Below are positions 61,301 through 64,000 of a stretch of DNA of 64,000 nt, one piece after another (positions within the stretch are counted from its first letter, which is position 1; every line of letters begins with the position of its first letter). This DNA is from Nemertoderma westbladi. Taxonomy: Eukaryota > Animalia > Xenacoelomorpha. The translations under genes and the position numbers were made by a program. The stretch spans positions 1 through 64,000 of the forward strand of contig JAUCBJ010002506.1 in NCBI GenBank assembly GCA_032718475.1, read 5' to 3'. The notes under the pieces are model-generated. The model saw only the letters and a list, made by a program, of their open reading frames with translations. It ran no database searches and was not told the DNA's origin.

Positions 61301-61948
61301 ACAATCTTCGGAATATTGCATTAGTAGGCAGGTAGGTACAAATTGCTAGCCATGTCTGACTGTACAAATTCTAATAACCAGAAATGAAACTATACTACTG
61401 TACTATATAAGGCATTGTAAAGTAGCCTACTGCGAAACAGACAGTTAGTACCTTACCTACTATACAGCTAAACTACATGTAAAGAGCACTAACTGAAACA
61501 ATTGCATTGGTAGGTACAAATTGAATTGTACATATTCTGGATATTCAACTATCCTCCATACCCCCTTGGAACCCAGGGGCCCATATGTGGGCAACATATA
61601 AACACATTCATCATATAAATCCACAGGGACACCAATGTTTTTTATTGGTAAGAATACATAAAGGGGACATGTTAGTGGCTGGCTATATTTTTTTCAACTA
61701 ATTTACTCCTGATGTCACAATGACAATCGGCGATTTATTACAACCATCTAAAAATCGGAAATCTCTCCGCATAATTCGGCTGCTACCAACGGTGTAACCA
61801 CCCCTTGCACAGAGGTAAAGTGTTTTTTTGGATGATTAAAGGTCCCTTTAAATTTTAAAAACAAATCTGTTACGAAGTATAACATTGTTGGTGCACAATA
61901 CCCTCTAGAATTTGCTGACCCATATATGGGCCCAGGGGTCTGAAAGGG
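58356..61948 (-). mobile_element. Full-length autonomous-looking piggyBac transposon (3593 bp)
   Basis: TTAA TSD (58352-58355, 61949-61952); perfect 13-bp TIR CCCTTTCAGACCC; subterminal CATATATGGGCCC; ~197-bp x ~2.5 tandem repeat upstream of the ORF. Confidence 0.96.
59090..61021 (-). CDS. piggyBac transposase (PGBD2/3-like), intact, 643 aa
   Basis: DDD triad CVDEQM, YFDNYF, MGGTDLFD; KPKKWG; acidic N-terminus; C-terminal Cys-rich domain RCRQC...CMKC..FLC....NCF. Confidence 0.95.
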   Translation of the reverse strand: MPMDGDVIHRQTRRGVSEIQLVVLPDADVSDPDNCSDDGEDFPGFVESSSDSDSSLGEEEFHGFDIPVVVGMEATPQKQPAKPCKSSTGTGSSKYGSFKWRKEKKNKMGVLKPLVPCVPQWKGALGDKPDKVDEPIDYFKLYFTEEMINLISVESNLFAVQSLSKFRTSDEEIEIYLGLLLRMGIIKLPRYRMYWDADFTVSAISDIMSRNRFLDINRYLHFADNNNIITNSSAPGYDRLAKIRPLLNKLREACLTFTPEEFQCVDEQMIPYKGRTVLLQYLPKKPKKWGMKVFSRNSSSGFTHDFFLYEGHVEVDNSCGFQTGDYVLKLLETLAKGQNFKVYFDNYFNFPELQVMLKSMGFCSIGTLNRNRIRDCQLESEKELKERGRGSCDSKVDANSGLAIVRWVDNRVVQLASTHVSIAPVGQVKRWCKKERKKILVDQPAIVAEYNKAMGGTDLFDMLRSLYTCNHRCDKWYRRVFLWVLNVAVVNSWLHYKRSCNQLGIAVKKRYDLLRFTASVASSLILCDKAPPSLSRKRGRPGTATPPVSIDSPARSLGSIPSTPVSSSSPDPASARSRFHNPSLREPSMNIRKDVIAHFPTMVDVKCRLRCRQCKLKTQVKCMKCLVFLCIRPDRNCFVEYHC

Positions 61949-63119
61949 TTAAATCGAATCAAATCAAATGTTTTTTTAATTTCTCAATAGATACTGCACA
62001 ATGGAACTATAACTATACAACGATAAACGCACAATTTATTACATGCAAATATACAGGTTGTCCCACAAAATTTGACACGGTTTGTTTTCAAATAAATCTG
62101 CTGCACCTTAATATAATTCGGGATTATTGGTATCATTAGAAAGCTAGAGTGCTAACTTAAAGAAAGAAACTTGTTGGAAACAATTACGTTGCTATGGTAA
62201 CTCCCTCGGCAGTTCATAATGAATCAACGGTTTTTTTTCGAAAGGTGCATTAATAATTAATTTGAATAATTAAAATACAGTAATTAGGATGATTTTAACA
62301 ATAAAATTACACATTGTACGATAAATAAAACACGTTATTTACCTTTTCGCCCTTCGATCCGACTTATTTACCTTCCTCGCTTCGCTCGGCCGGTAAATAA
62401 CAGATTTCGGGACGAACGGTAAATAAAGCATATTTTATTTACCGTACAATAAATAGTTAATATTTTAGCCTATTGCAGTAATAGACTAACCAAATAATTT
62501 GTCAAAAAAGTATTTCTACAGTAGTACTGTAGAACAGAAACTATGTAATACTTTAGTAAAAAATACGATACCAAAAATAGAAAAGCAATATTAAGAATAA
62601 CTATTTATATCACGCTGCATAAAGTACCACTTTATAGGATAACAGTTGGTACTTGAGTATTTATACGTATAATTTTATTCAAAAATTGTAATGTTTATTT
62701 TTGAGTGATAAATGTTCATTCATCACCTCGGCACATCGCAGATCGCCCGAAACACAGGAGACGACAACTACAACTGGAATTCCGAACCAACCAACAGTCT
62801 ACTGCGACTGAGATTGCTTCTACCCATCGTTTGAACTTCTTCTATATGCTAAACCATAAGTAAACAGGACGCCGACTTCCGCTCGTAGGAATCGTTAACT
62901 CGGTGATTCGTGGACGCTTTTGGAGACGATATCCGAACTTTTACCAGATTCCGCAGTTCCGGGTTACTATGTTGACAACATCCATGACGCTCGCCAGAAA
63001 TTGATCACACTTCTCCTGGAGTTTTGACGTGGGAAAATTAATCTGAAAAACATTATAGATAAATACATTAAAGATACAATAAATGAAACATAATAAAGAT
63101 AATAAAGAATGCAGTCTAT

Positions 63120-64000
63120 CCCAAACGCCACCAAACGGCATTCTACCTTACCCAAACGCCATTCTAACATACCCAAACGCCACCCAAACGGCATTCCAAC
63201 ATACCCAAACGCCACCCAAACGCCATTCTAACATACCCAATCGCCACCCAAACGGGATTCTAACATACCCAAACGCCACCCAAACGGCATTCTACCTTAC
63301 CCAAACGCCACTCAAACGGCATTCTAACATACCCAAACGCCACTCAAACGGCATTCTAACATATCCAAACGCCACCCAAACGGCATTCTAACATACCCAA
63401 ACGCCACCCAAACGGCATTCTAACATACCCAAACGCCATCCAAACGGCATTATAACATACCCAAACGCCACTCAAACGGCATTCTACCTTACCCAAACGC
63501 CACTCAAACGGAATTCTAACATACCCAAACTCCACCCAAACGGCATTCTAACATACCCAATCGCCACCCAAACGGGATTCTAACATACCCAAACGCCACC
63601 CAAACGGCATTCTACCTTACCCAAACGCCACTCAAACGGCATTCTAACATACCCAAACGCCACTCAAACGGCATTCTAACATACACAAACGCCACCAAAA
63701 CGGCATTCTAACATACCCAAACGCCACCCAAACGGCATTATAATATTCCCAAACGCCACCCAAACGGCATTCTAACATACCCAATCGCCACCCAAACGGC
63801 ATTCTAACATACCCAAACGCCACCCAAACGGCATTCTACCTTACCCAAACGCCACTCAAACGGTATTCTAACATACCCAAACGCCACTCAAACGGCATTC
63901 TAACATACACAAACTCCACCCAAACGGCATTCTAACATACCCAATCGCCACCCAAACGGCATTCTACCTTACCCAAACGCCACTCAAACGGCATTCTAAC
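63120..64000. repeat. Same 32-bp satellite in inverted orientation (runs off window)
   Basis: (CCCAAACGCCACCCAAACGGCATTCTAACATA)n is the reverse complement of the unit at 56244-57635. Confidence 0.95.

Noticed and set aside
62700-63050. GC-richer segment with a possible minus-strand acceptor (exon-like)
   Set aside because: The minus-strand frames contain stops and no family motif was recognisable.
56194-63391. Short ORFs in the GTTTGGG satellites; telomere-like interpretation
   Set aside because: Repeat-derived translations; the unit is 32 bp and not a canonical telomeric repeat.

Overview
AT-rich, repeat-dense animal (probably invertebrate) nuclear DNA. Positions 1-19172 are the right-hand ~19 kb of a decaying Polinton/Maverick (adintovirus-like endogenous virus). 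It carries protein-primed PolB, adenain protease, major capsid, two minor capsid genes, DDE integrase, packaging ATPase, core proteins and a RING protein. It also has an unusual accessory set: a TBP-like gene, a PC4-like gene and a Maelstrom-like nuclease pseudogene. It ends in ...ACTACT, is inserted into a 48-bp minisatellite, and contains a nested LINE tail and a TTAA element. The rest is host DNA: a ~3-kb segmental duplication with two intronless C2H2 zinc-finger paralogues, a 57-bp minisatellite, a DNAJB9-like pseudogene, BEL/Pao and LINE remnants, foldback elements, an apparently intact piggyBac, and a two-exon Ptp99A-like receptor phosphatase. Most of the single 7.3-kb intron of that phosphatase is ~170 tandem copies of its own exon/5'-splice-site junction (32-nt GT...AG units). 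All protein calls come from motifs recognised by eye; no searches were run.
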